Assembly: GCF_037042905.1 (NCBI RefSeq)
Contig: NC_087263.1
Span: 9,922,001 to 9,986,000 of the forward strand
Origin: Lytechinus pictus
Taxonomy: Eukaryota
Direction: 5' to 3'
DNA: 64,000 bases
The notes beneath the pieces are model-generated. The model worked only from the letters and a program-made list of their open reading frames with translations. It was not told where the DNA came from and ran no database searches. Both the position numbers and the translations under genes were made by a program. Shown piece by piece: positions 16,192 through 29,201 of the stretch. Within the stretch, counting starts at the first letter, position 1; every line of letters begins with the position of its first letter.

Positions 16192-19100
16192 CTACGCACC
16201 CTCGCCCCAAATGGAATCACTGTTGACAATTGGAACCCATTGCCTGCCCCCAAACACGCACATACACACTCACATTCACTCGACCTCATACATTTACACC
16301 TTCGACACACTCTCTCCGGCACTGGAATATTAGGTAACTACTTCTGTATTTAATATATCTGATCTTGTGTAATATATACATATATATACATGCATAATAC
16401 GTTTGGAAATTATTGAACCTTTTGCATACCTTTTCGACCCATTTCATTGTTTATTTTACAGTCTTACTCGTCCCAACAGGCCACAACATTCATATAGTTT
16501 TATAGCTACGTCTCTTTACCCCTATCCAGTTTAGTAACGAAATCGTTTCTATTGTATTCCACCATCTCGTTTAAGTTATTACCCCCTCTGTTGTTATGTT
16601 TTGTTATCTTACTGTAATATATAAATCATCTTTATTTCATAATCAAATAGAGAAGTTACAATAAACCCAAGTCCTCTGCCAGTGATGATGGGACGAACTC
16701 CCCTTCACTGGCAATAGGCAGGGTGATAATACATGATATTGATTGAACAGGTACAATTCATAAGGTACAATACATAAGAGTTAACGCATAATTTACTTTA
16801 CATAAGAAAGCTGAATATATACTTGACTAAATGGAATAACGTAGACTATGCAGAAAGTGACAAGCATGTTAAATGAAAAAGAAAGGTGACTGTCTCAATG
16901 AAACAGAGATTAAGAGGGGGCCAGACAGTAGGAAAATACAAAATTGAAACCATCACTTTGTGATGAAGATATGTATACATTCATAACACAGGTACGCATC
17001 GCCACAACTAAAACAGTGTTACGTACTTATTCAAATTCATAGAATCTTGTTATGATAAATATTTCCATTATGTGAACTATTGCAATTATGATATTTTAAA
17101 ATATGACAGACTAATAAATGTAAAAAGAAAAAGTTCAAGTTGTTTATCCTGATTGACATTTGGAAGTTATACATATTACAGATAATCCATTGATTTAATT
17201 AAATATTGTTTGAATGATTCACATTCTATGTATGAGCAGATAAAGTAGACTAGCTTTGGTTGTTTTCCGGGACACTGAGCAATGGGGGCTCGGTCCAAGT
17301 TGGTTGGTCTTTTGCAAGGAACAAAGAATAGCTAGTCATGATGCTCAGCTTGCTTATCCTATTCAACATCATTTGGTTTGTCTTCCCTAGTTTCATCGTT
17401 TTGAGTAATGATTTGATTCTAACTTTATTTTGCTTAGACACATAACCTCTTGAACCTACTTCTATACAGAAAAGTTTGCATGAATATGCCTGGTCAACAA
17501 TGTCATTAGTTAGAGGTGCATATTTATTGCATTTGCTCACATGACGTGAATCAATGTTCTGTTCGAAGGGAACTGTGAGCTCAACAACAATGACTTCTTT
17601 ATTTTGGACAGATGAAAGAACAAGATCGGGTCTTAGTGGAGTCGGTAAAATATTCATAGGAATTGTGGGTTGATTGGCTTTGTCAGGAAGATCTACTCGG
17701 AGAGTGTAATCTCCAGATAATGATGACTGAAGACACTCGTATATCGCATTCAAAATGTTGTTGTGTCTCCATGTGTATCGACCTTGTTCTAACATGATTT
17801 TGCATCCATTTAGAACATGCAGGAGGGTCTGTTTATTTCCGCACAGTTTACAATTTGCCGATAGTTTTTTACCCCATCTTTGAAGGTTCCTAAAAGTAGG
17901 GAGACAGTCAATAGATGACCTGACTGCAAAACTAAGAACTTTGGATGGTAGGTCGTATATAATACCTTTCCAGGTAAGATCTTCCTGCTCAAGCCTCATG
18001 AGCTCCAAGAATTTACCTTGGAGCAGCAATTCCTCAACCTTATCGGTCCATATATCTTGATATTTACTTTTAACAGCACATGTGATATTCGATTTCACTT
18101 TTGACCATTTTCTATCAGGCGTGGTATTCATGGCAATATTTACCATATCTCTAGCATCAGTATTACCATACGACTTCCTAGAGTAAGATTCTTCTCTTAC
18201 TATACATGCCGTCATAGCGGCCTTGACTCTTTCATCAGCACGTATAAGGCAATGTGCTACTGTCTGTGCATGACATTCGCTATAGACTTGGGAGATGGTA
18301 GGAATATCCAAACCTTGTTGGCAGTGAACGATTGCAAGTGTTGCCCATTGTGGCATATTCAGCCACTCCTTTAAGAATCTTGAGCTGCACTTGTCAAGAC
18401 TGGATCTTTGTGTCTTAGTGAGGTCATGCACAGAAAGCAGGAATTTAATTGCATAAAGAAAATATTTCGTGTATATTTTCAGTTTGTACTCTGGACGGAT
18501 ACATGCAGAATCTATGTTGTTTAAGGTTGTTTTTATTTTATCTCTTATCATATTCATGCACCCATGAGACGAACCTGTGACCCATGTACCAAGAAATTTC
18601 TCAGGAGAATCTTTAACCTTAGTAAGGGGGTGCCATCAATTCGAAAGACTACCTCTTTCATTGAACCACTACTTATTGACAACGATTTACATTTAGGTAG
18701 TTTTAGAGAGAAATTCATTGATCTAGCAATTCTTTAGATTTCGTTCATTAGCTTCTGGTGTTTTGTTTTGTGATTTGTAACAAGAATAAAATCGTCGGCA
18801 TACGGTAGTGTTATAATTTTATGCCCGTTCAATTCATATCCATGCGAATCGTCAAAAGTTTTAAGGAAACTTATTATAGGGTCAAATACCATGATATATA
18901 GTACTGGAGAAAATGGGTCTCCCTGAAAAGTTCCCTTTTTGAAAGGAAATCTAGATGATTTCCATCCCGGTCCTTGAACCATTAAGTCCATCATACAGAG
19001 TTTAACATATCTTATAATCGAAGGTGGGATCCCATTTCGTTCAAGGGTATGAGATATCAAATCGTGATTCACAGATCCAAACGCATCCGCGAGATCGAAA

Positions 19101-19715
19101 AATGTTACATGAACTGTTCTCTTCCTATTACGGGCATGATGATCTCCGTAAGGCATCTCGAGTGTTCTATACATCCGCTAACGTCGGGAAGAAATGCCTT
19201 TTGGGTTGTGGTATCGATTAGGTTATTAGCTTGGAGATAACTTATAGTTCTGCTGGCTAGGATCTGGTGATATAACTTTCCTACGCAGGAGGTAAGAGCT
19301 ATCATACGAAAATTTGAAGGGTTTTTAGTGTCGCCACCTTTGTGTAAGAGAGTTATTCTGCTGTTTTTCCAGCATTCGGGTGGGTCCCCTTCAGTAAGTA
19401 TTTTGGTGAACATTGTGGCCATAAATCTGTGCGTAGTCGGAAGATTTCTTTTTTCTGTTCTGTACTCAATCCCCCTGTTGTTATTTTTTGATATTTTACT
19501 GTAATACTTGTTCTGTACCCTTTGTTACCCTTTAATTACTTTGTTGTTATTACGATTTTATTTGTATGGTTTTGTTATATTTTGTTTGTTTCAATACATA
19601 TACTGTAGGCCTGATGAAGGCCCTACTGGCCGAAGGCTAGCATTAAATGAGATACCTTGAAAGCTACGTCTAACGTCAATGCCTGGATTATTTTACGCCT
19701 ATACATCTATACATA
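16192..19715 (+). mobile_element. Inverted second copy of the Penelope 3' end (16192-~16618 and ~19450-19715), split by the HERO-like element
   Basis: Both segments are reverse complements of parts of 14875-16003 and rejoin at actgtaat|ttctgttctgtac. Confidence 0.8.
16619..19450 (-). mobile_element. 5'-truncated non-LTR retrotransposon with restriction-like endonuclease (R2 group, HERO-like)
   Basis: Frameshifted RT pieces (NFRMIALTSCVGKLY, FFDLADAFGSV, GTFQGDPFSP, YADD). ORF 17250-18557 has a CCHC knuckle CKLC...HVLNGC, RHN and RPDLV...VELTVP...KCNKY. 3' UTR has a stem-loop at 16677-16713 and AATAAA near the end. Confidence 0.9.
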
Positions 19716-19766
19716 GAACATAGAACACATTTCTTATTCATTCATCATATGATCCATATATATATA

Positions 19767-19969
19767 GGCGCGATAGCACAGTCGGTAGAGCGAGGGTTTT
19801 CGGATTCCGGTGACTCGGGTTATTCCCAAGTGGTGCGTTAGTGCCCTTTGGTAAGGCATTTATTCTCATTACCAGGTCTCTCGGAGAGTACCTCAAGCCG
19901 TTGGTCGCCTGGTTGCTTGCTCCGTCACAGTCATTCATGCTTTCTTAAAAGTCAGGTAGAAAACCTCGG

Positions 19970-19970
<1 letters not shown>
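19767..19970 (+). mobile_element. tRNA-derived SINE followed by (TA)n (19970-20077)
   Basis: GGCGCGATAGCACAGTCGGTAGAGCG head, degenerate B box, GTGCCCTTTGGTAAGGCATTT core. Confidence 0.7.
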
Positions 19971-20003
<33 letters not shown>

Positions 20004-20007
20004 CATG

Positions 20008-20079
<72 letters not shown>

Positions 20080-20132
20080 TATGGATCATATGATGAATGA
20101 ATAAGAAATGTGTGCTTTATTGCATTAAGTTC

Positions 20133-20590
20133 GGACTGGGGTAAGTTGAGCCATAGTAATTCTTATGGTAATGTATGTATTTAAAAAAAACTTAAAAAGC
20201 CATTGATATGCAGGCAAAAAGTAGCAAATTTACATGACTGTTCTTTTTCTTTTAGAGAATGTCAGTATTTACAGAGAAAATTAGCAAGTGAAAAGACTTT
20301 AAAAAATTGACATGCTACATGTAGTTCTTCCCCCATACATTTTTTACATAGTTTTTGTGGCCCAACTTACCCCACAGATCGGGCAAGATTGAGCCATTTG
20401 ACATCGCCTTTTTCAAAGGTGACAATGACTTTCAGTGCGGGGGTAGAAATTTATACATAGGTAAAAGTTATTTCGAAATCATTAAATTTGAAGACAGGGC
20501 TCCTATTTTTACAGTTTTACAAGATTTTTAATCATATCAATTCTAACATGCAAAAAGCAAAAAGTGTCATAACTTACCCCGCCTTCCCCT
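20133..20590. mobile_element. MITE, Tc1/pogo-like
   Basis: GGGGTAAGTTGAG...AACTTACCCCGCCTTCCC-TA inverted ends, with an internal repeat of the same motif. Confidence 0.55.
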
Positions 20591-20798
20591 ACCGTGTTCA
20601 GAATATCCCCCGCTTTCCTGGACATCCCGGTAAATTGCTAATTCGTTTAATACTTTGGCTCTTCCAAATCAGTTTTATGATGTCACCATGCTAAATGATT
20701 GTCTCATCACTTCCATTGCGAGCACCGGCACATAATTCGACAATATACGACGGACATTTCTTCTTGAGCCATTTCCCTGACTGATTTATTGGTATGAA

Positions 20799-21453
20799 GC
20801 TAAACTCCTCATAAAAAGTTTGGAAATCTGACTTTGATCGATATTCCCTCCTCGGTTTTAGTGAATATTAATGTGTGATTGATAATAATGAATAGATCTT
20901 ACTTCTCTTTAAAATTATACCCTACCTGATATGATTATAGTTAACATGGAGGTACTTGTCTTGAAATGTGGGGCAAGGTCAAAATTCAAAATTTGCAAAA
21001 TGACAATTATTATGGAAGTAGCTGTTTTCATGCACCTTAACATCAACATTAACATGGAGATCTGTGAGAGAACATGGTTTGAGTAGTGGTTTGAAATACC
21101 CATGCATGTTTGTTTTTCATGCGTTTGCTGGTGCAGAGGTGTGTTTGATTCCATGTCAATATTGATGCTAGGGTGCATGAAAACAAAAGAAACCGCTGAG
21201 AAACTCACTCATCACCACGAAAAAAAAACCCAGTGACTTTCAAAATTGTGTAATTTTGCAACTTTTGAATTTTGATCTTGTCCCTCATTTTAAGGAACTG
21301 CACCTCCATGTAAACAAAATCATATCATGTAGGGTACCATTTTAAAAACAATTAAATTATCTTTTGAATAATACCGAATATGCTTTGTGTTAAATGAGGA
21401 GTTGGGAGAAATTGATGGCCTAACTCAGATTTCTAAACTTTTTTTGAGGAGTT
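20799..21453. mobile_element. MITE with about 30-bp TIRs
   Basis: taaactcctcataaaaagtttggaaatctga / tcagatttctaaactttttttgaggagttta, plus imperfect subterminal inverted arms. Confidence 0.7.
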
Positions 21454-21539
21454 TATTTTGCGGTGGGGTCGGTTCTGGTCATCACAATTGTGATAAATTC
21501 TATGGCATTTCGATAACTTGCATTATTCCTGAGAACCAT

Positions 21540-21990
21540 TTCTAGGCATGTCTTCATGAATATGCAATGAGCGAACTGATGATGTCATATCCCCACTTGT
21601 TCTTTGAATTATTTTATATAAAATTAGGTTTATTGAAATGTTTCTACAAAGAACTTGAAATATTGGATTGACAACTGATTTAGTGGATAAGATATTTATT
21701 GCTGCAACTTATTTCATTATAAGACAGACATATTATTCACAAATGAAAAAAAGAAACAATTATGATTTCATGTAATAACCTAAAAATAAGGAAGTGGGGA
21801 TGTGACAACATCAGCCCAACCAAATGAATGTTCATGACCACGCTCATATTTTTTTTTAGAAAGTATTGCTAAACTTTACAATTTAATAATTTCATTTTTT
21901 GTTATCCGATTTTGATGATTTTTTAAATTTTGCCTGGTGAATTTTACTCTATTTATTTAGATGTAAATATTTTCAGCCCAGAGTACCCCT
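21540..21990. mobile_element. Kolobok-like MITE fragment
   Basis: Ends GAGTACCCCT-TTAA; related to 26366-26950, ~2530-2758 and 30934-31020. Confidence 0.55.
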
Positions 21991-22303
21991 TTAATCCCTC
22001 TTTTTTTTCTCTCGTAAAATCAATTCTTCTCGTTCCTATGGTCACTGCACCAACCCTCCCTCGCGTAGCGCTTGTAATACACAGTAATCTTAATGCGCGA
22101 AAGATGGTCGGTTTCAAAAGAGATGGTCGATATGTGCTGTGCACTATATAATATGCCTCCTCATAGATTACTTCCCACGTATTCTCCAATCATGCAGAGT
22201 CATTGATAAAGAGAGCTTGGCCAATCCGGTTTCAATGGGTTACCATCATGACGCATGATGCTTTGTTAGGCAAGCCCTATTCGAAAGAAATTAAGCCATG
22301 TTG

Positions 22304-22522
22304 CACTGTAAAAACTGTGGTGTTAAAACTGACACAAATTGGTGTTAATAGAGGACCACACCCTGAGATTGAACATAACACCAAAGAGTGTAAATGTAGC
22401 TACAATAGGTGTTGTAATAATACCTATAGGTGTAAAACTAACACCACCAATTTAACACCGGTGTAAAAATAACTGGTGTGGTCCTCTATGTACACCGGTT
22501 AACACCACAGTTTTTTGCTGTG
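22304..22522. mobile_element. EnSpm/CMC-like MITE
   Basis: CACTGTAAAAACTGTGG...CACAGTTTTTTGCTGTG, 2-bp TSD TG; same family as 28963-29201. Confidence 0.8.
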
Positions 22523-22675
22523 TGGTAACTCACTGAAACAGGGTTGGTCGAACTTTATCGATACTATTAATGGCTCTGACATCCTTATTCCTACATCCCC
22601 TTCATGCGACGGAACACTCCTAACAAGCAAAGCCTTCCCCTACTTGAACCCTATCTTTATTGCTTATCAAAGTCT

Positions 22676-22945
22676 CAGGACTTTGAAACAGAGGGTCGTG
22701 GTTTCAAATCCCAGGCAAGGCGTAGTTTCCTTCAGCAAGAAATTTATCCATATTTTGCTGCAATCAACCCAGGTGAAGGTGAATGGGTACCTGGCAGAAA
22801 TTTATTCCTTAAAATGCACTGAGCGCTTGAAGGCTGCTTGAGCTACAGCTGGGGTAATAGTATCCAAGTTCTTTGGAAGCGCGTAGAGACGTTATTCATA
22901 ATGTGTTATGCGCTATAAAAGAACTGACTATTATTAGTAGTATTA
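22676..22945 (+). mobile_element. tRNA-derived SINE, 5'-truncated
   Basis: Degenerate B box GGTTTCAAATCC, AACCCAGGTG...AATGGGTACC core, TAT tail. Family members at ~44080-44295 and ~50400-50680 on minus. Confidence 0.75.
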
Positions 22946-23910
22946 TCGTGTTTTAGATAAGATCGGGGGGGGGGGGGGGGGGCTGTCTGATATAAGTGAA
23001 ATCACTAATTGAAATGGATTATGAATAATACTGATAACTGATACCCATGACTTTGACGATGATTATAGTGATGATGATGTTATATTGATCCTTTTGCTCA
23101 TTATGATAATGATGATCATAATGATGATAATAGAATATTTATACTTTTGTTCGTGACATCAAGGTCATAAATATGGCGGAAAGTTTGCCGGAATAAAAAG
23201 AAACATTACCTGGAAGAGCTACTCCTGTCTCATTATTATTTCTTGCACGTGTCGATTTCATGAAATAAGGAGTTCCTGTACACAATACGTTGAGGGCCCC
23301 CTTTCATTTCATATTTTGGCAAGCTTGAATCCTAACTGGCGTTGGCCGTTGTACAATGTTAATCCGTGGCAGTACAGACTTTTTCGTTTCCGGTGGCGTA
23401 AATATGGGGATGGGGGCTTTATGGGGCGCATACCCCGACCCCTAATGAAATAATAATAATAGAAAATTTTACGAACAAGATAAGGAAAGGTAAGAGAGAA
23501 GGTTGAATTTTCCTTAATTATCATGTAAAAATCTAGCATAAAAGAAGGACCCCCTAAAAATGTAAGAAGAATAATGTTTGTCATAAAGGACCGTCATTGT
23601 ACCAAAATTGTTCATTTGGCCCTGACACTGAGCAGCAGCAAAACTAGATATCTGGCAGCCGTCTGTTCGGAGAAGTCTTTTAACTACCAAAAAAAAAAAA
23701 CTTTTTGTTCTCCCCTTGTAATTAGCGAGTGGGGCCAACAGAGTTCAACGGAACAACCAATTTAACAGAGACTGAAACTTTTGGTCTATAGTAAAACACA
23801 CACTATTAGAGGCATCTCGCCAACTACAAGAATTCGATAAAGACATTGGTTAAACAAAAGATATAGTCACTTGAACCCAAAATTGAATCAGTGAAAAGAG
23901 AAGATCGAAA

Positions 23911-24400
23911 GCTGCACCAAAAATGTCACGACATCCACATGCACAGGCAAAATTTAGGAGATGAATAGCACACTACATGACACAAAATACAAACTCCATC
24001 GAGACATCAACACACAAACATCATACAACACCTCAACACCACTAGCACCCAATCTCACAACGGTACGGTAACAAAGGTACTATTAAGTAAATGAGGTGAG
24101 AGTGAGAGACACTTACTGAATTAATGCCCCTCCAAGGTGTCTAATATCCCTCGGTAGTACATGATGTCCAGCACGGTCTGGAGGTCCTGCATGTTGCTGC
24201 TGAACACGTACTCGACTTGACCTTAACTCTCCGGACACATAACTCTGAACTGATTAACCTTGATACTGACTGACTCTTAATTGGTCATCGGGGTATATAT
24301 TTGGGGATATTGCGGGCGCGCCGTGCGTAATGTTCACTCATGCACAGAGCTGAGTGCAGGGCTATTAATCGTTTATCTGGCCGGTTAAGCCCAGGCGACA
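23911..24400 (-). mobile_element. Possible LTR (24400-23924) with adjacent primer-binding site
   Basis: TGTCGC...GTGACA ends, TATA-like aatatatacccc, followed by ttttTGGTGCAGC. No gag/pol recognisable. Confidence 0.4.
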
Positions 24401-25271
24401 TTGTTTAACGACCCTTTATGCAACAGTACAAAAAATGCACCGCTTATTCGTAGTAAAGAATGCATGATAAATAGAGTTTTCATTTAGAAAACGTCGTCTG
24501 CTTGCACAGTCCCTTGGTGTTTTTTCGCAATTCGTGAACAAGTGCATAATAAAGCGTCTGAAGTAGTGAGACTAGATTCGTTATGTACAGTACTGTGGCT
24601 ATTTGACCCAGACATCGAATTTGGCGTCTAGTCTTCTCTCTAGAATTATTGGTTAAAGTGTAAAATATGACTCTGTGTTTGCAGACGAGAGAAAACGCAC
24701 CAACGACTGCTCCCACTACCACGCCCCCAAATGCACCAAAACCACCAGCCACTACATAATCATTCTATCGAACTCCAAACTCACATAAGCAAAATCCCCT
24801 CTTTTACCACGAGGGCTCAAATTTTGCCCTGTCCCTCCCCTTACAGACACACATCGACTGGATCTAGACTGGATAACATTGTAACATCAGGATCAGTAAT
24901 TTAGAGGTACAGTTTGTAACTACTCTGTGATCCTTCCACAACTCTTGTAAATAATTTTACTCATGTCATAATGTAATTAATAAATGTTTTTATGAAAGTT
25001 GTAAATACAGTTTCAATTAAAATGTTTTGTTTATGTGTTTGTGTGTGGGTGTTAGGGAGAGGGTGTGTGTGTGTGTGTGTTTAAAAAAGGAGCTTTCACA
25101 ATTGCGATCGTTTGCGATCATTTGGTCACAATATATGTTGCACAGAATCGCAACGGTTGTAAGCAGTCGTACCACCAATTGTGAAAGGGGCTTAAGCAGT
25201 CGTACACCAATTGTGAAAGGGGCTAAGGGGGTGCATGTCTCTTTCTTTTTACTTGTGAGGAATCACTTCTG

Positions 25272-25540
25272 GGCCCCGTCTTACAAAGAGTTACAATTGA
25301 TCCAATCAATCGTAACTCTATGGAAATCCATCAGCGTCATAATTTTTTTTCTACAGGAAATTTGCAAAATGTCCTTTGTAAACAAACGAAAAACACCAAA
25401 TTGTTAAGAAATCGATGAATTTATGGATGAACCTTCTAATAAGGAATTTTTTGAGCAAACATGCATTTTATATGTTGACTTGCTGGCTTTCCATAGTTGC
25501 GATTGATCGGATTAATCGCAACTCTTTTTAAGACGGGCCC
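25272..25540. mobile_element. PIF/Harbinger-like MITE
   Basis: GGCCCCGTCTTACAAAGAGTT...AACTCTTTTTAAGACGGGCCC, 3-bp TSD CTG. Confidence 0.8.
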
Positions 25541-26365
25541 CTGGCATCGAGTTCCGACATTAAAAAATTGACATTATTACAGCAGACATGACACCAACTG
25601 TTTCAGAAGTTTAAATATTTCGGTTCCAAAAGGATTAGATCCAACAGAATTTAAATTCAAATATAAAAAAAGAAGATCCGTCGATTTATTTTTCGAAATG
25701 TGGTATTATATTCACATAATCGGGTAAAATGTGTTGTATCATGTTATGTTTATAGAAACACTGCAATAAAGGTAAATACATCAATTTTATCACAATCGCT
25801 AAAAATAAATTTTCTTGGCCAATTTTTTTTTTTTTTTTTTTTCATGGGATTTTCAACTGAAGCTTGGTGCTATCCTATGAATCTACTGAAATTGTTTAGA
25901 TGTAGGGAAAATAATTACATTTGAAGAAAATGGATTTAGTCCCTTTTGGAAAGAAGCTCTTTATAATAACGATAATAAGTAAATAATAGGTCGCGACACT
26001 GAAATTAGTGAAAAGAACTTTTATTTTCGTTTCTGTGTACATACCTTTTCTCCAATATATACAATGATATTAGAAACATATACAAAACAATTATGGCTTC
26101 TGTTAGACAGATCTCATAGATCACTTTCATACCAATTTCCTATGAAATTATGGACAATTGTCAGTGAAAATAGCAGACAATATAAAGTATAAGTAAATAA
26201 ACTACATACTATTCGGCTCACATTGGCAGGCCACTCCATATCAAGGAAGCTTAACCCCCCCCCTTGTTTTTACATAAACCAGGGAATTGGTCATGTCCCT
26301 GCACAAACATAACTGTCTATTGAATAAAACAGTGATGTTGATAATTAGAAATGTATGTAACTTAA

Positions 26366-26950
26366 AGGACAAGTCCACCCCAACAAAAAGTTGATTTGAA
26401 TAAAAAGAGAAAAATCCAACAAGCATAACACTGAAAATTTCATCGAAATCGGATGTAAAATAAGAAAGTTATGACATTTTAAAGTTTCGCTTAATTTCAC
26501 AAAACAGTTATATGCACATCCTGGCTGGTATGCAAATGAGGAGACTATGACGTCATCTACTCACTATTTCTTTTGTTTTTTTATTATATGAAATATTCTA
26601 ATTTTCTCCTCATTGTCAAGTGATACAACGATTAAATCCTCCCTGAAAATGTGGAATTTAGCATTGTTTAATACTATATGGTTCAGTCAAGTTGGTCCTT
26701 ATTGTCAAATCTATAAAAAATGACATATTGTATAATTCAAACAATACAAAACAAAAGAAATAGTGAGTGATTGACATCATCGACTGACTCACCTAGTTGT
26801 GCATATCACTGTTTTGTGAAAAATAAGGAAAACTTTAAAATGTCATTAATTCTTATTTTACATCCGATTTTGATGAAATTTTCAGCACTATGCTAGTTTG
26901 ATTTTTTTCTATTTATTCATTCAAGTATATTCCTGGGGTGGACTTTACCT
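26366..26950. mobile_element. Kolobok-like MITE
   Basis: AGGACAAGTCCACCCC...GGGGTGGACTTTACCT, TTAA TSD; empty site in the duplicate at ~28942-28960. Confidence 0.85.
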
Positions 26951-27093
26951 TTAATAACAGTATCAGACTCTTGTCATAAGGATGACAGTATTCATAACGT
27001 TGCTCCAGTGAAGTTGCTCCGTTTACTTTACACACCCTATGAGAGTGGAGTGGTGTTAAGTTCATTTATAACACACATATCATGAATGAGGAT

Positions 27094-27211
27094 CAGTGGA
27101 GGACCGTCCGTGACCCGGAGGAGACAAAGCATTGGAGGGGCACTGTATTATTTGTGAACAATGCTATGCCCCTCCAATGCTTTGTCTTCTCCGGGTCACG
27201 GTCCGCCACTG
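27094..27211. mobile_element. 118-bp hairpin hAT-like MITE
   Basis: CAGTGG...CCACTG, almost fully palindromic, 8-bp TSD ATGAGGAT; absent from the duplicate at ~29310-29330. Confidence 0.9.
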
Positions 27212-28962
27212 ATGAGGATTACAATTTTTTGGCAGCTTTTGCAAATGTTCACACCATAATTTCCACAAAAACAATAAACAAATTAACTGTCTTCAAAACA
27301 AAGAATGAAAGCATCACATTATGTACAAATCTGCGTATGAACAAAATCAATTAATGGAAATGAGTAAATACAGGCTAGAACTTGATATTTTTTCATGATC
27401 ATTACTAATCGAAAGATAATTTTGAATGAAATATTTTTCTCAATTTAATAAAGAAGAAAGTCAGCAATTCTCAATTGATTTGTTTACTACATGCATGTCA
27501 CATCAAGAGTGTATTTACAAAATTGTTTTTCGTATATTTCTTAATCCAATAAAAACAAATCAAAATCTAGGTTTGGCATTTACATAGTATACTCGTTTCA
27601 TCACGAATAATGGAAACATGGATGGAAATGACTAAATACAGACTGGAACCAGATTTTCTTCTTTTAAAGATCATTATTTATCGAAAGATAATTTTGAATA
27701 AAGATTTCAAGCAAACCTTTTGATTAATAAAAGTAAATAAAATATTTTTCTCAATTCATTAAACAAGAAAGTAAGCAATTCTCAATTGATTTGTATACTT
27801 CATGCACGTCACATCAAGAGTGTATTTACAAAATTGTTTTCCGTTTATTTCTTAATCCAATAAAAACAAAAGAAAATCTAGTCTAGGCATTTACATAGTA
27901 TACTCGTTCATCACGAATATAAAAGTACAAGTTATTAGACTCATTTAAAAAAACAGATTTGATACCCATTTAAAACTTAAGAAACCAAAACTATATCTTT
28001 TTTTATTCGAATATTTCGATATCCCTTTATCGATGCTAATTTTAGTATACATACCGGTATAGGCTTTTTACTACCCTACAAATACCTTTAATCCGCAACA
28101 TAAGCATTAAGTACAATGTGACGATCAATTACTTGAATAAAAGAGCAATCGAAAATGAAATGATCATATTCAATCAATATATTTCTTGTGTGACAAAATA
28201 TTACCCCGGAAACTCAAATGTTTATCATATATACACATTAAAAACACCGAAACTACTATTTCTTATTGGACACAATAAGCAATAAGGTTATCTCATTCAA
28301 AGAAGAACATATGCGGCACTCAAATAAAATCATACCATCAGCTCACTTTACTTGTATACTAATATCAGTAGAAATACGTTTACCTCTCCTTACAAGTGTA
28401 CCGACAAGTGACCAATTAAAATATTATGCAAGTGAAATCAGCTGTTATACAATAAAAAAAACAATAATACTCCCCATGTACACTTACAAGAGAAAGAGAG
28501 AAAAAAAATCATTTTCCATTGACGATCTTCAAGAGTTAATAATAGTACGCGACATTAAGATTAATGAAAGAAACTATAAACTTAGTTTCTGTTTATATAC
28601 CTTTCCTCCAATGATAACATAAACTGATATTAGAGACTTTTGCAAGGCAATCATGGCTTCTGTTAGACTGATATCATAGTTGTGATATCATCTTTTCACA
28701 ACAGCTTCCACTAAAATCATGGACAATAGGAAGAGAAAATAGCAGACAATATAAAGTACAGGCAAGTATATAAACCATAATAATATTCCGCTCACATTGA
28801 TGGGCCACTCTTTACCAAGGAAGTTTATATTTTTTTGTTTACATAAACCAGGGAATCGTTCGTGTCCCTGCACATAAATGACTGTTTATTGAATAAAATT
28901 TCACCAATTATTAATTGATGTTGATAATTAGTTATGCACATGTATGTAACTTAATAACAGTA

Positions 28963-29201
28963 CACTGTAAAAACTGTAGTGTTAAAACTGACACCAGTGG
29001 GTGTTAATAGAGGACCACACCCTCTGGTGTTAAAATTACACCCTAGAGATTGAATATAACACCAAAGAGTGTACATGTAGCAACCAAAGGTGTTGCAATA
29101 ACACCTATAGTTGCTAAAATAACACTGTCAATTTAACACCGGTGTAAAATAACTGGTGTGGTCCTCTATGTACACCGGTTAACAAGGCAGTTTTTGCTGT
29201 G
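28963..29201. mobile_element. EnSpm/CMC-like MITE
   Basis: CACTGTAAAAACTG...CAGTTTTTGCTGTG, TA TSD; empty site at ~26955-26970. Confidence 0.85.

Noticed and set aside
22304..22522. RSS-like heptamer/nonamer (CACAGCAAAAA) suggesting RAG-type rearrangement of the Ig exons
   Set aside because: These are MITE TIRs with 2-bp TSDs and no 12/23 spacing, they do not flank the Ig exons, and no RAG-like ORF is present.
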